From Planctomycetota bacterium (lineage in GTDB: Bacteria > Planctomycetota > Planctomycetia > Pirellulales > Lacipirellulaceae), in contig JBCCXZ010000061.1 of NCBI GenBank assembly GCA_039190745.1, positions 1-19,398 of the forward strand: 19,398 nucleotides of DNA. The letters are read 5' to 3'. Shown here piece after piece: positions 7,252 through 15,578 of the stretch (positions within the stretch are counted from its first letter, which is position 1; every line of letters begins with the position of its first letter). Made by a program: the position numbers and the translations under genes. The notes under the pieces are model-generated. The model was not told where the DNA came from and searched no databases. It saw only the letters and a list, made by a program, of their open reading frames with translations.

Positions 7252-9393
7252 CTACCCCCGCGGTGACGGGGCGTCGCCCCGCCGCTCGCCCACGTAACAC
7301 ACCATCGTGTGGTGCTTCAGCGTGAGCCGGCCGCTCGCCGGGGGCGATGGGCCGTCCGCCTCGGGGTGGATGTCCCCGGGGGTCGGCTGCGACGTATCGA
7401 TAAACCTCCGCCACGCCACCTTCTGCACAATCGGTGGCACCACAAACTGCGCGTCCGACTGGCCGGCGTGCAGCATCATCATCACCGGCCGCGCCGCGGG
7501 ATCGTCGATGCCGGCGGTGCCCAGGATGCAGGTCAGACTGCGGTTCTCCGGCGACCAGTTCATCGCCCCGCCGTCGGGGCCGTACCAGCTCACGTCCGGC
7601 AGGTTGCCATTCTCCGGGTGCTGGCCCGTGAGGAACTTCGACCGCCGCACGGTCGGCTGGTTTTTGCGGAACTCGATCACGCTGCTGGCGAAGCGGAACA
7701 TCTCCTCATTCTTCTCGAGCAGTTTCCAGTCGATCCAGCTGACCGCGTTGTCTTGGCAGTAGGCGTTGTTGTTGCCCCGCTGCGTGCGGAGGATCTCGTC
7801 GCCGGCGAGCACCATCGGCGTCCCGATGCTCATCAGCAGCGAGCCCATCAGGTTCTTCACCTGACGCTTCCGCAAATCGAGGATCGGCTTCCGACGGGTT
7901 GTACCCTCGACGCCGTAGTTCGAACTCAGGTTGTTGTTGTCGCCGTCGTTGTTGTTCTCGCCGTTGTCGAAGTTGTGCTTCTGTTCGTAACTCACCAGGT
8001 CGGCCAGCGGGAAGCCGTCGTGCGACGTGACAAAGTTGATGCTGTGGTAAGGGTTCCGGCCGCTCGACTGGTAGAGGTCGCTCGACCCCGAGAGCCGCGT
8101 GGCCATCGGGCCCACCATCCCCGGGTCGCCCCGCCAGAAGCGGCGGATGTCGTCTCGGTAGTGGCCGTTCCACTCCGCCCACCGCGAGGTGGCGAACGAG
8201 CCCACCTGGAACGCCCCGGCGGCGTCCCACGCCTCGGCGATGATTTTCGTATCGGCCAGCATCGGGTCTTCGGCGATCAGATCCACCAGCGGCGGGTTCG
8301 GCACGAGTTCGCCGTTCCGGTTGCGGCTCAGGATCGACGCCAGGTCGAACCGGAAGCCGTCGACGTGGTAGTTGTACACCCAGTGCCGCAGGCAGTGGAA
8401 AATCATCTCCCGGCAGATCGGGTGGTTGCCGTTGAAGGTGTTGCCGCAGCCGGAGTAGTTCTTGTAGGTGCCGTCGCCGTTGAGCATGTAGTAGACGCGG
8501 TTCTCCAGGCCCTTGAAGCTCAGCGTGGGGCCCATGTGGTTGCCCTCGGCGGTGTGATTGAACACCACGTCGAGGATCACCTCGATGCCCGCCTGGTGCA
8601 GCGCCCGGACCATCTCTTTGAACTGCCGGACCTGCGCCCCCGGGGCGTTGCCGTGCATGTAGCCGCGGTGCGGCGAGAAGAACGCCAGCGAGTCGTACCC
8701 CCAGTAGTTCCGCCGCTCGGGCTTATTGCCCAGCGTGTCGTGGATGGGGAATTCGTGCACCGGCATCAGTTCGACGGCAGTGACGCCCAACGACTTCAGG
8801 TACGGGATCTTCTCGATGACGCCCAGGTACGTGCCGGGGTGCTCCACCCCGCTGGAGGCGCTCTTGGTGAAGCCGCGGACGTGCATCTCGTAGATGACCG
8901 ACTCGGCAAGCGGCCGCCGCAGGTGCCGGTCGCCCTGCCAATCGAAGTCGTCGTCGACGACCACGCACTTCGGCGGGCGGACGACGCCGTCCTTCGAGGG
9001 CAGGAACCGCCCGGCGAGGGCCCTGGCGTACGGGTCGATCAGCCGGGCCTGGGGGTCGAAGCGGTGGCCCGCGACCGGGTCGTTGGGCCCGTCGGCCTGG
9101 AAGTGGTACAGCTGCCCCGCCTGCAGGCCGGGGATCATCACGCTCCAGATGTCGCCCCAACGGTCGGTCGCCGGGTTGAACTCGATCACCCGGCTCGGCT
9201 CGCGGTCGCCGGCGCGGCGGTACAGCAGCACCCGCATCGCGGTCGCCGAGCGGCTGTAGACCACAAACTGCACGCCCTTGTCTTGGAGGATCGCCCCGTA
9301 AGGCAGCGGGTAGCGGAACTGCATCGATTCCTGGGGGCTAGGCATGATGACGCGGGGTTGTCCCATCAGGGACGAAGTCCAGTCGGTGAGCAT
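7252..9393 (-). CDS. glgX: Glycogen debranching enzyme / isoamylase (CBM48 + GH13)
   Basis: PLPYGA, LIDPYA, IYEMHVRGFT, NYWGY, DVVFNHTAEG, catalytic DGFRFDLAS / IAEAWD / FVTSHDGF, TQRGNNNAYCQDN. Start uncertain (ATG 9393 or a downstream Met). Confidence 0.97.
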   Translation of the reverse strand: MLTDWTSSLMGQPRVIMPSPQESMQFRYPLPYGAILQDKGVQFVVYSRSATAMRVLLYRRAGDREPSRVIEFNPATDRWGDIWSVMIPGLQAGQLYHFQADGPNDPVAGHRFDPQARLIDPYARALAGRFLPSKDGVVRPPKCVVVDDDFDWQGDRHLRRPLAESVIYEMHVRGFTKSASSGVEHPGTYLGVIEKIPYLKSLGVTAVELMPVHEFPIHDTLGNKPERRNYWGYDSLAFFSPHRGYMHGNAPGAQVRQFKEMVRALHQAGIEVILDVVFNHTAEGNHMGPTLSFKGLENRVYYMLNGDGTYKNYSGCGNTFNGNHPICREMIFHCLRHWVYNYHVDGFRFDLASILSRNRNGELVPNPPLVDLIAEDPMLADTKIIAEAWDAAGAFQVGSFATSRWAEWNGHYRDDIRRFWRGDPGMVGPMATRLSGSSDLYQSSGRNPYHSINFVTSHDGFPLADLVSYEQKHNFDNGENNNDGDNNNLSSNYGVEGTTRRKPILDLRKRQVKNLMGSLLMSIGTPMVLAGDEILRTQRGNNNAYCQDNAVSWIDWKLLEKNEEMFRFASSVIEFRKNQPTVRRSKFLTGQHPENGNLPDVSWYGPDGGAMNWSPENRSLTCILGTAGIDDPAARPVMMMLHAGQSDAQFVVPPIVQKVAWRRFIDTSQPTPGDIHPEADGPSPPASGRLTLKHHTMVCYVGERRGDAPSPRG

Positions 9394-9786
9394 CGTCGTC
9401 CGTTCTCGCGAGAGTCAATGGCCAAGAGGATCGGCCGCAACCCCCGCCCCCGGCTTCAAGGCCCGGGCAGCAGCGAGAGTTGGCGGCAGACGATTTACCT
9501 TTCGACACCCGCGGCGGCACGCTTGATCAACCAAGTGCTGCAGCAGCAGACTCTCGCCCCTCCCGACGACTCGCGCGTCCTCTGTTTCTGTTTCAGTATG
9601 CCTCCGGCGGACCAGCCGTGCCCGGCGGAACACTGCGTTACGCTTCGCCACCCCGACCAGCCGGACCCCGCCGCCGTCCGGCACGGGCCCCCAGTCCGCA
9701 CGAGCGGACCGCAGAGCTTAGCACAACCGTCACCACCTCACCGACAACGCCCGACCGGCCCAAACGCGCCCGGCACGCCGAGGTCG

Positions 9787-9816
9787 TTGACACCCCTAAA
9801 ACGCAGCCCCTAAAAT
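9787..9816 (+). promoter_or_regulatory. Sigma70 promoter of purM
   Basis: Perfect TTGACA (9787-9792) - 18 nt - TAAAAT (9811-9816), 34 nt before the ATG at 9851. Confidence 0.75.
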
Positions 9817-9850
9817 CGCGCTCTGCGGCAAGGCGGACTCAGCAAGTGCA

Positions 9851-10912
9851 ATGCAAAAAATAACTTACAAAGACTCCGGAGTAGACCTCGAAACCTACGC
9901 CGAGTCTATGAGGAGGCTCCCCGCACTCCTCAAACGGACCCACTCCCCAAGGGTCCTGCCGGCGGAGGGCGGGTTCGCCGGCCTGTTCGCCCTTGACTTC
10001 CCCGGGGGCCTGTTCGCCCGCAACTACGCCGACCCCGTGCTGGTCTCCTGCACCGACGGCGTGGGCACCAAGCTGAAGGTCGCCCAGCTCGCCGGCCGGC
10101 ACAACACGGTCGGCATCGACCTGGTGGCCATGTGCGTCAACGACGCCATCTGTGTCGGCGCCGAGCCGCTGTTCTTCCTCGACTATGTGGCGATGTCCGA
10201 GGACGACCCCGCGCTGCTCGAGCAGATCGTCGAGGGCATCAGCACCGGCTGCGTCGAGAGCGACGCCGCGCTGGTCGGCGGCGAGACGGCCATCATGCCC
10301 GACCTCTACCAGCCGGGCGACTACGACCTGGCCGGCTTCTGCGTCGGCATCGTCGAACGCAGCCGGATGCTGGACGGCAAGGCCATCGACCCCGGCGACG
10401 TGGTGCTGGGCGTCGCCTCCAGCGGGCTGCACTCCAACGGCTACAGCCTGGTGCGGAAGATCGTGTTCGAGCACGCCGGGCTTTCGGTCGACGACCACAT
10501 CGAAGCCCTCGACGCCACGGTGGGCGAGGCCCTGATGACGCCCACACGGCTCTACCCCCGCGCGGTCGGCGACGTGCTCCACCACTACAAGGTAAAGTCG
10601 GTCGTCCACGGCGTGGCCCACATCACCGGCGGCGGGCTGCTGGAGAACGCCGGTCGCATTCTGCCGGGGCACGTCGACCTGGCGATCCAGCCCGGCAGCT
10701 GGACCGTCCCGCCGGTGTTCCCCTGGCTGCAAGAGCTCGGGGGCGTCGAAGACGCCGAGATGCAGCGCGTCTTCAACATGGGCGTCGGCCTGGTGCTGAT
10801 CGTCAGCGAATACTACGCCGAGAGCATCCAGCACCAGCTGGCCAAGCACGGGTTGGAGAGCTGGAAGATTGGGCAGGCCGTTGCCGGAAGCGGCGAGTGC
10901 GGCTGGGCTTAA
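9851..10912 (+). CDS. purM: Phosphoribosylformylglycinamidine cyclo-ligase (AIR synthetase)
   Basis: [69 protein letters not shown]. Confidence 0.98.
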   Translation: MQKITYKDSGVDLETYAESMRRLPALLKRTHSPRVLPAEGGFAGLFALDFPGGLFARNYADPVLVSCTDGVGTKLKVAQLAGRHNTVGIDLVAMCVNDAICVGAEPLFFLDYVAMSEDDPALLEQIVEGISTGCVESDAALVGGETAIMPDLYQPGDYDLAGFCVGIVERSRMLDGKAIDPGDVVLGVASSGLHSNGYSLVRKIVFEHAGLSVDDHIEALDATVGEALMTPTRLYPRAVGDVLHHYKVKSVVHGVAHITGGGLLENAGRILPGHVDLAIQPGSWTVPPVFPWLQELGGVEDAEMQRVFNMGVGLVLIVSEYYAESIQHQLAKHGLESWKIGQAVAGSGECGWA

Positions 10913-11145
10913 GGAGCGCTCGCTGCTCAAAGCTTCAAGACGGAACGATTCCGAAGGCTGCCTAACCTGCTTAGGTCGACGCGCCTTGTGTAAGTTGGCC
11001 GCGGAAGCGAGTGGTTTCGAAGGTTGGTTCCAGGGAGTTGGAGTTTCCAGTCAAGCACCGTTATCCTAGCTTGACATGGAGCTAGGGCGGCAATTGCAAC
11101 CCAAGCGAGTTCCCGACGCAAGAACACCCGTTCCTGAATAGACAA

Positions 11146-11751
11146 TTGAAACGATATCACTTCAGGATCTCTATTCTCGCAGCTCTAGTCATGTGCGGCT
11201 GCGACAAATCCACAGTGCACACAATGAAAGACCCGAAACGCGAGCCAGAAGCGTCGATCGTCGAGACCGACGAAGGGACAGTAATCAGCCACATAACTGA
11301 GGAGGAGGATTTCCCGCAGGAGGCTGTCCGCTTGAGCTCTGCCGAACTCGTACAATTCCAAACCTGGGAGCAGGGTGCCCAGGAATTCCTTACAGCTTAC
11401 ACTCAACCTCAATCACAAGATGAATTGAAACAGTACGATGAAGCGTTTCAGGCATGGCAGCGTTCGCCGGACCGACGGCATTCCGATGAAGATGTCATCA
11501 ATATAGTTGGAGCGTATCTCGGCCAACGAATGGTACGCGACTTTGGCATGGAGTGGGTCTTGGTCACAGATAAGTACGGGCGGGACTATGCCGTAAGGCA
11601 CAAGACCTCTGAGTTGATGAGCTTTCCATTCTCAAGCGTGATGAAGCGGATCGAAGACAAAGAAAATGGATTCGTTCACGGAGTTTACCATGTGTTGAAG
11701 CATGAGCTTGAGAATGGAAAGTGGAAACAACGAACCGATCTCGAAGAGTGA
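11146..11751 (+). CDS. Putative lipoprotein with C-terminal DUF3806-like domain
   Basis: TTG start, basic N-terminus + hydrophobic stretch + MCG|C lipobox-like motif; C-terminal GAYLG...GMEWVLVTDKYGRDYAV...FPFSSVMKRIE recalls DUF3806; lower GC than neighbours. Confidence 0.7.
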   Translation: MKRYHFRISILAALVMCGCDKSTVHTMKDPKREPEASIVETDEGTVISHITEEEDFPQEAVRLSSAELVQFQTWEQGAQEFLTAYTQPQSQDELKQYDEAFQAWQRSPDRRHSDEDVINIVGAYLGQRMVRDFGMEWVLVTDKYGRDYAVRHKTSELMSFPFSSVMKRIEDKENGFVHGVYHVLKHELENGKWKQRTDLEE

Positions 11752-11786
11752 GTGGCTTCCTAGAGACATTGTCGTTATCGTTCGGC

Positions 11787-11826
11787 GTGACCTCTCAGCA
11801 CACACCTGACGACATATAGAGGTCAC
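11787..11826. repeat. Inverted repeat (9-bp perfect arms) downstream of the DUF3806-like gene
   Basis: gtgacctct (11787-11795) / agaggtcac (11818-11826), 22-nt spacer. Confidence 0.55.
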
Positions 11827-11827
11827 C

Positions 11828-11858
11828 GGGTGGCACTGGTGTCTCGCCAGTGCAACCC
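11828..11858 (+). repeat. REP-like palindrome with GTGG foot
   Basis: gggt-g-gcactggtg-tct-cgccagtgc-a-accc; GTGG followed by CACTGG...CCAGTG; abuts the dsbD stop. Confidence 0.6.
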
Positions 11859-13945
11859 TAGTAGCGACGCTGTTCCGGAATCGGCACGCCGAAACCGGTA
11901 TCCACCGGCGGCCGCGCGATCGCCCGCTCGGTGTCCACCACAACCGACGGCCCCGCCTCGGCCAGCTTCTCGGTCAGCGAAGAGATCGTGTACGTCCCCG
12001 GCACCAGGATCGGCGCTGCGTCGGGCCGGCTGCCGGAGTAGATCGCCAGCAGCGGGATCTGCTGTGCACGCAGCTCGTTCAGCTTGGCGGTCACCTCGGT
12101 CGACGTGTCGCGGTGCGTCCAGTCGGCCACTAGCGTGTAGATGTCGTTCGCCTCAAAGACCGATCCCATCGCGTCGGTCTTCAGGACGGTCTTCTCCATC
12201 ACCTTGCACGTCGGGCACCAGTCGGCCGTGAAGTCGATCACCACCGTCTTGCCCCGCTCGAGCAGCCACTGCAGCTTCCGCTCGCTGTACGGCTGCCAGG
12301 GCTCGTCGCTGACCATGAACTCTCCGCCGCTGGTCTCAAGCAGCTCTTCGAGCTTCGTCTCCGCCAGCCGGTAGGCTTCACGCTGTTGCCGCTGGGCTAG
12401 GACCGGGGTGAGCATGTAGAAGGCCAGGATGCCGATGATCGAAGCGGCAAGCGCGCCCTCGCCGAGCGCCTGCCAGCGCTTGTTGCCCGTCGAGGTGACC
12501 GGCACCCGGCCGATCCACCAGCAGGCCATCCACAGCCCGAACAAGAACGCCACCGTCGGCACCACGTAGTACGGCTTGAGCAGCGTCAGCAGGTACACGA
12601 CCGTGCCGATGAGGAAGAAGCCCATCAGCTGCTTGAACGTGTTCATCCACTCGCCCGGCTTCGGCAGGAACCGCACCAGCTGCGGGAAGGCGCCGATGAG
12701 CAGGTACGGGCTCGCCATGCCCAGGCCAATGGAGAAGAACACCGAGAGGATCTCCACCGGCGGCCGGTTGAGCACGCCGACCAATGCGGTGCCCATGAAC
12801 GGCCCCGTGCACGGCGTGGCGAGCAGCGTGGTGATCGTCCCCTTGGCGAACGCGCCCTCGTAGCCTTCACGCTGGCCGATGTCGGTCACCTTGCTCGTGC
12901 CGATGAAGCCGGGGATGGGGATCTCCCAGACGCCCAGGAAGCTGAGGCCCATGGTGAAGATCACCGCCGCCATGGCGATGTTGAACTCCGCGTATTGGAA
13001 CAGCTGCCCCCAGCCGAGTTGGAACACGATCGACAGCACCGCGAGGAGCATGAACACGCTGATCACGCCCAGGGCGTACCAGAAGTTCAGCAGGAAGATC
13101 TTGCTGCGGCTCTCGCCCGACTGCTCGATGAACGCGAACACCTTGAGGCCGATCACCGGCAGCACGCAGGGCATCACGTTGAGGATCAACCCGCCGAGGA
13201 AGGCGAGGCCGAGGATCGTGAGGAACGAGTCGGAGGAAGTCAGGTCGACCGGCTCGGCGCCCGGCGCAAGCTCGGCGATCTTCGCCGGGGCGGCCGGGGT
13301 TTCGGTTTGCGGCGTCGGCTCGTAGTAGGGGGCCGACTCGACCGCGGCGGTCTCGACCGGGATCGTCACGTCGAACCCGTCGCCAACCGCCGCGGAGAAT
13401 GTCTTCGTAAACGGCACGCACGTCTGAGGGTTACACGCCTGCCCCTCGACCGTGCCCTCGATCTGCGCCGATTGGGGGTCGAGCCCCTCCGGCCAAGCCA
13501 GCGGGGCGTACCAAGTCACCTTGCCGGCGTGCTCGCGCAACTCGAGACCGACCCAAATCAGGTCGTCCACGTGCGTCTCGGGCGGCTTGATCGGGCGCCA
13601 GGGCCCGGCGAGCGTGACGCCCGCCGGCATTGTCGCTTCGATCACGGTCGCCTTCGGGCCGCCGCCGTCCGTGAGCACGCCCTGATCGACGGCGTAGACG
13701 TGAAAATCGCCGCTCACTTCGGCCGTCACGAACAGCACTGCCGGCTTGCCGCCCTGCGGGGCGGAGAACTCCGCCTCGACTGCTACCTGCCCGCCGCTGG
13801 GCCCGCCGAACGACGGTGCACCGACGCTCGTCCCGAAGTCGAACTGCGCCAACGCCTGAGCTGGCGGCAGAACCGCCGCCGCCAAGGACGCGACGAGCCA
13901 GCCGGCACGGATTCGGAAGCGGAGGTCGAGGCACTCGCTGTGCAT
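11858..13945 (-). CDS. dsbD: Three-domain thiol:disulfide interchange protein (DsbD/ScsB-like)
   Basis: Start reassigned to ATG 13945 (signal-peptide-like ...LAAAVLPPAQALA|QF); N-domain Cys pair GQACNPQTCVP; TM domain LNVMPCVLP and LATPCTGP; thioredoxin domain DFTADWCPTCK. Confidence 0.88.
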   Translation of the reverse strand: MHSECLDLRFRIRAGWLVASLAAAVLPPAQALAQFDFGTSVGAPSFGGPSGGQVAVEAEFSAPQGGKPAVLFVTAEVSGDFHVYAVDQGVLTDGGGPKATVIEATMPAGVTLAGPWRPIKPPETHVDDLIWVGLELREHAGKVTWYAPLAWPEGLDPQSAQIEGTVEGQACNPQTCVPFTKTFSAAVGDGFDVTIPVETAAVESAPYYEPTPQTETPAAPAKIAELAPGAEPVDLTSSDSFLTILGLAFLGGLILNVMPCVLPVIGLKVFAFIEQSGESRSKIFLLNFWYALGVISVFMLLAVLSIVFQLGWGQLFQYAEFNIAMAAVIFTMGLSFLGVWEIPIPGFIGTSKVTDIGQREGYEGAFAKGTITTLLATPCTGPFMGTALVGVLNRPPVEILSVFFSIGLGMASPYLLIGAFPQLVRFLPKPGEWMNTFKQLMGFFLIGTVVYLLTLLKPYYVVPTVAFLFGLWMACWWIGRVPVTSTGNKRWQALGEGALAASIIGILAFYMLTPVLAQRQQREAYRLAETKLEELLETSGGEFMVSDEPWQPYSERKLQWLLERGKTVVIDFTADWCPTCKVMEKTVLKTDAMGSVFEANDIYTLVADWTHRDTSTEVTAKLNELRAQQIPLLAIYSGSRPDAAPILVPGTYTISSLTEKLAEAGPSVVVDTERAIARPPVDTGFGVPIPEQRRY

Positions 13946-14004
13946 AGTCGGGTCTCGCGGCTCGGGGCGGCTGACGCTTCCTGTGAAGCGGCCTGTGTTT
14001 TGGG

Positions 14005-14033
14005 ATTCTAGTGGGGGTGCGCAGAAGCGTAAA
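14005..14033 (-). promoter_or_regulatory. Putative sigma70 promoter of dsbD
   Basis: Minus strand TTTACG (14033-14028) - 17 nt - TAGAAT (14010-14005); supports the 13945 start rather than 14053. Confidence 0.6.
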
Positions 14034-14162
14034 CGCAGATAGCCCCCATGCAAGCACGACCAGGAAGCGGCCTAGTCCTTTCGCGCAAAAAACTTCAGAT
14101 TCTGAATCCGAAAGGTCCGCTCGCTCGCGGGTACCAGCGGGCACAGGAGCCTTGCCGATCGG

Positions 14163-15155
14163 CTAATCCAAGGGGTGCGGGGGCATGCCGGCCAGCTGGT
14201 CGGCGAGCCACGCCATGCGGGCCGCCGCCGCGTCGGGTTCCTGGGCCTCCGCCCGGTCTCCCACTTGCCAGCCGAGCCAGTTCACCGCCGCGGCGGCGAG
14301 GCCCCCCAGGTCGTACGCGGCAATCGCACCCGTTTCTGCGTCAGAAAGTGGTCGGATTTCTCCGTAGGCGTCGAGACACTCCCGCCAGGCTTTGCCGTCT
14401 GAGCCGCCCAAGCCCCGCAGCAGACGTGCCAAATCGGCGGCAACGCTGTCGATCCCTACCGCCCCGAAGTCGACTAGGCCCACTGCCTCCTGCCCCTGGA
14501 ACAGCACATGTTCCGCTCGGGCGTCTCGAACACACCACTGCAGGGGCAACGGCCGGTTCAGGGCAGCTTCCACCGAAGCGAGGGCGCCACTAAGGTTCCG
14601 CTGGAGTTCTTCGGAGAGCCGTGAAGCCACCCCGTCCGCTCGAACCCCAGCCGGCAGGCGCGCATCTGCTGCAGCCGCCCTTAATCGCTCCCGTCGGCGT
14701 TCCAACCCCGGGGAGCCCAGCCCCGCCCATTGTGGAACCGGCTGGCCCTCCATCGCCCGGTGAATCCGCGCCAGCAAGCGGGCCGCGCTGCGGCGTTTTT
14801 CCGCCGAGGGAGCCGCATGGTAATCGGCCTCGCCGGCGACCCACCGCGTCAGTTCCCAACATCCCGAAGCCAACCGCAAGACCGTCTCGCCGCCAGCCGA
14901 CCGGACCGGCTCCGGCGCCACGCCCGGCAACCTTGCGGCGACGTGCTGCAAGGCGCGGTGGACTTCGTCGACCCGTCCCAACTCGGCCGCCGCATCCGGC
15001 CAGCGGCGGAGGCAGTAGGCTCCCGCCGGCCCCGTCACCCGCCAGAAAGCAGCTCCGCTCAGGCTATCCTCCGGCACAAATGGGCTAATCCTGGAGCCCA
15101 CGGCAACCCCAGGCCAGTAACCCGCCAACACGGTTTCGGCGTCCACGATCGGCAT
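14163..15155 (-). CDS. APH/choline kinase-like phosphotransferase (homoserine kinase type II-like)
   Basis: Gly-rich SLSGAAFWRV, YCLRRWP, PEPV...G, WELTRWVAG, ARLLARIHRA, Brenner-like CVRDARAEHVLF, GLVDFG, AADLARLL, LDAY...RPLSDAE. Confidence 0.8.
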   Translation of the reverse strand: MPIVDAETVLAGYWPGVAVGSRISPFVPEDSLSGAAFWRVTGPAGAYCLRRWPDAAAELGRVDEVHRALQHVAARLPGVAPEPVRSAGGETVLRLASGCWELTRWVAGEADYHAAPSAEKRRSAARLLARIHRAMEGQPVPQWAGLGSPGLERRRERLRAAAADARLPAGVRADGVASRLSEELQRNLSGALASVEAALNRPLPLQWCVRDARAEHVLFQGQEAVGLVDFGAVGIDSVAADLARLLRGLGGSDGKAWRECLDAYGEIRPLSDAETGAIAAYDLGGLAAAAVNWLGWQVGDRAEAQEPDAAAARMAWLADQLAGMPPHPLD

Positions 15156-15230
15156 ACCGCATTATCACCCGCCGGATTCCCACAGCCCACACCGCTTCCG
15201 GCGCCGAGCCGCCCGTTCCATAATGGACGT

Positions 15231-15578
15231 ATGAAACTCATTGTCGCGGTCATCCAGCCTACCCGCCTGCGGGCCGTGCAGCAGGCGCTGCACCACATCG
15301 GGGTCACACGGATGACCGTCAGCGACGCCCAGGGATTCGCCCGCCAACGCGGCCAGGGCGAAACGTACCGCGGGGCCGAGTACCAAACGAATCTGCTGCG
15401 CAAGGTAGCGCTCGAAATCGCGGTCAGCGAAGACTTTGTCGAGCCGACCATCGAGTGCCTCACCCAGGCCGCCCGCAGCGTCCCCGGCGGGGCCATCGGC
15501 GACGGCAAGATCTTCGTCATGCCGCTCGAAGAAACCATCCAATTGAGCGACGGACAGAGCGGTGCAGGATCCATCTAA
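15231..15578 (+). CDS. P-II family nitrogen regulator (GlnB/GlnK-like, divergent), 115 aa
   Basis: True start ATG 15231 within the longer 14730 ORF: MKLIVAVIQP...QGFARQRG...YRGAEY(51)...K58...IGDGKIFV. Confidence 0.93.
   Translation: MKLIVAVIQPTRLRAVQQALHHIGVTRMTVSDAQGFARQRGQGETYRGAEYQTNLLRKVALEIAVSEDFVEPTIECLTQAARSVPGGAIGDGKIFVMPLEETIQLSDGQSGAGSI

Noticed and set aside
9445..9512. c-di-GMP-I riboswitch-like words in the glgX leader (GGUAAA, GAAA, GGCCU...AGCCGG)
   Set aside because: Elements are in the wrong order, and the GNRA-capped P2 and GCAAAG junction are missing.
7309..9813. 834-aa plus-strand ORF
   Set aside because: Antisense shadow of glgX; Arg/Val/His-rich with no motifs, as expected in high-GC DNA.
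9839..10930. 363-aa minus-strand ORF
   Set aside because: Antisense shadow of purM.
10927..11160. 77-aa minus-strand ORF in the purM-DUF3806 spacer
   Set aside because: No recognisable motif or RBS; overlaps the start of the better-supported plus-strand gene.
11729..11786. attC-like site (CGAAC...GTTCGGC) at the 3' end of the DUF3806-like gene
   Set aside because: Outer boxes are partly complementary and the length is plausible, but the L boxes do not pair at canonical spacing and no integron integrase is present. An IntegronFinder run would settle it.
14730..15230. Long N-terminal extension on the P-II ORF
   Set aside because: Overlaps the kinase gene antisense; the P-II fold starts at MKLI (15231).
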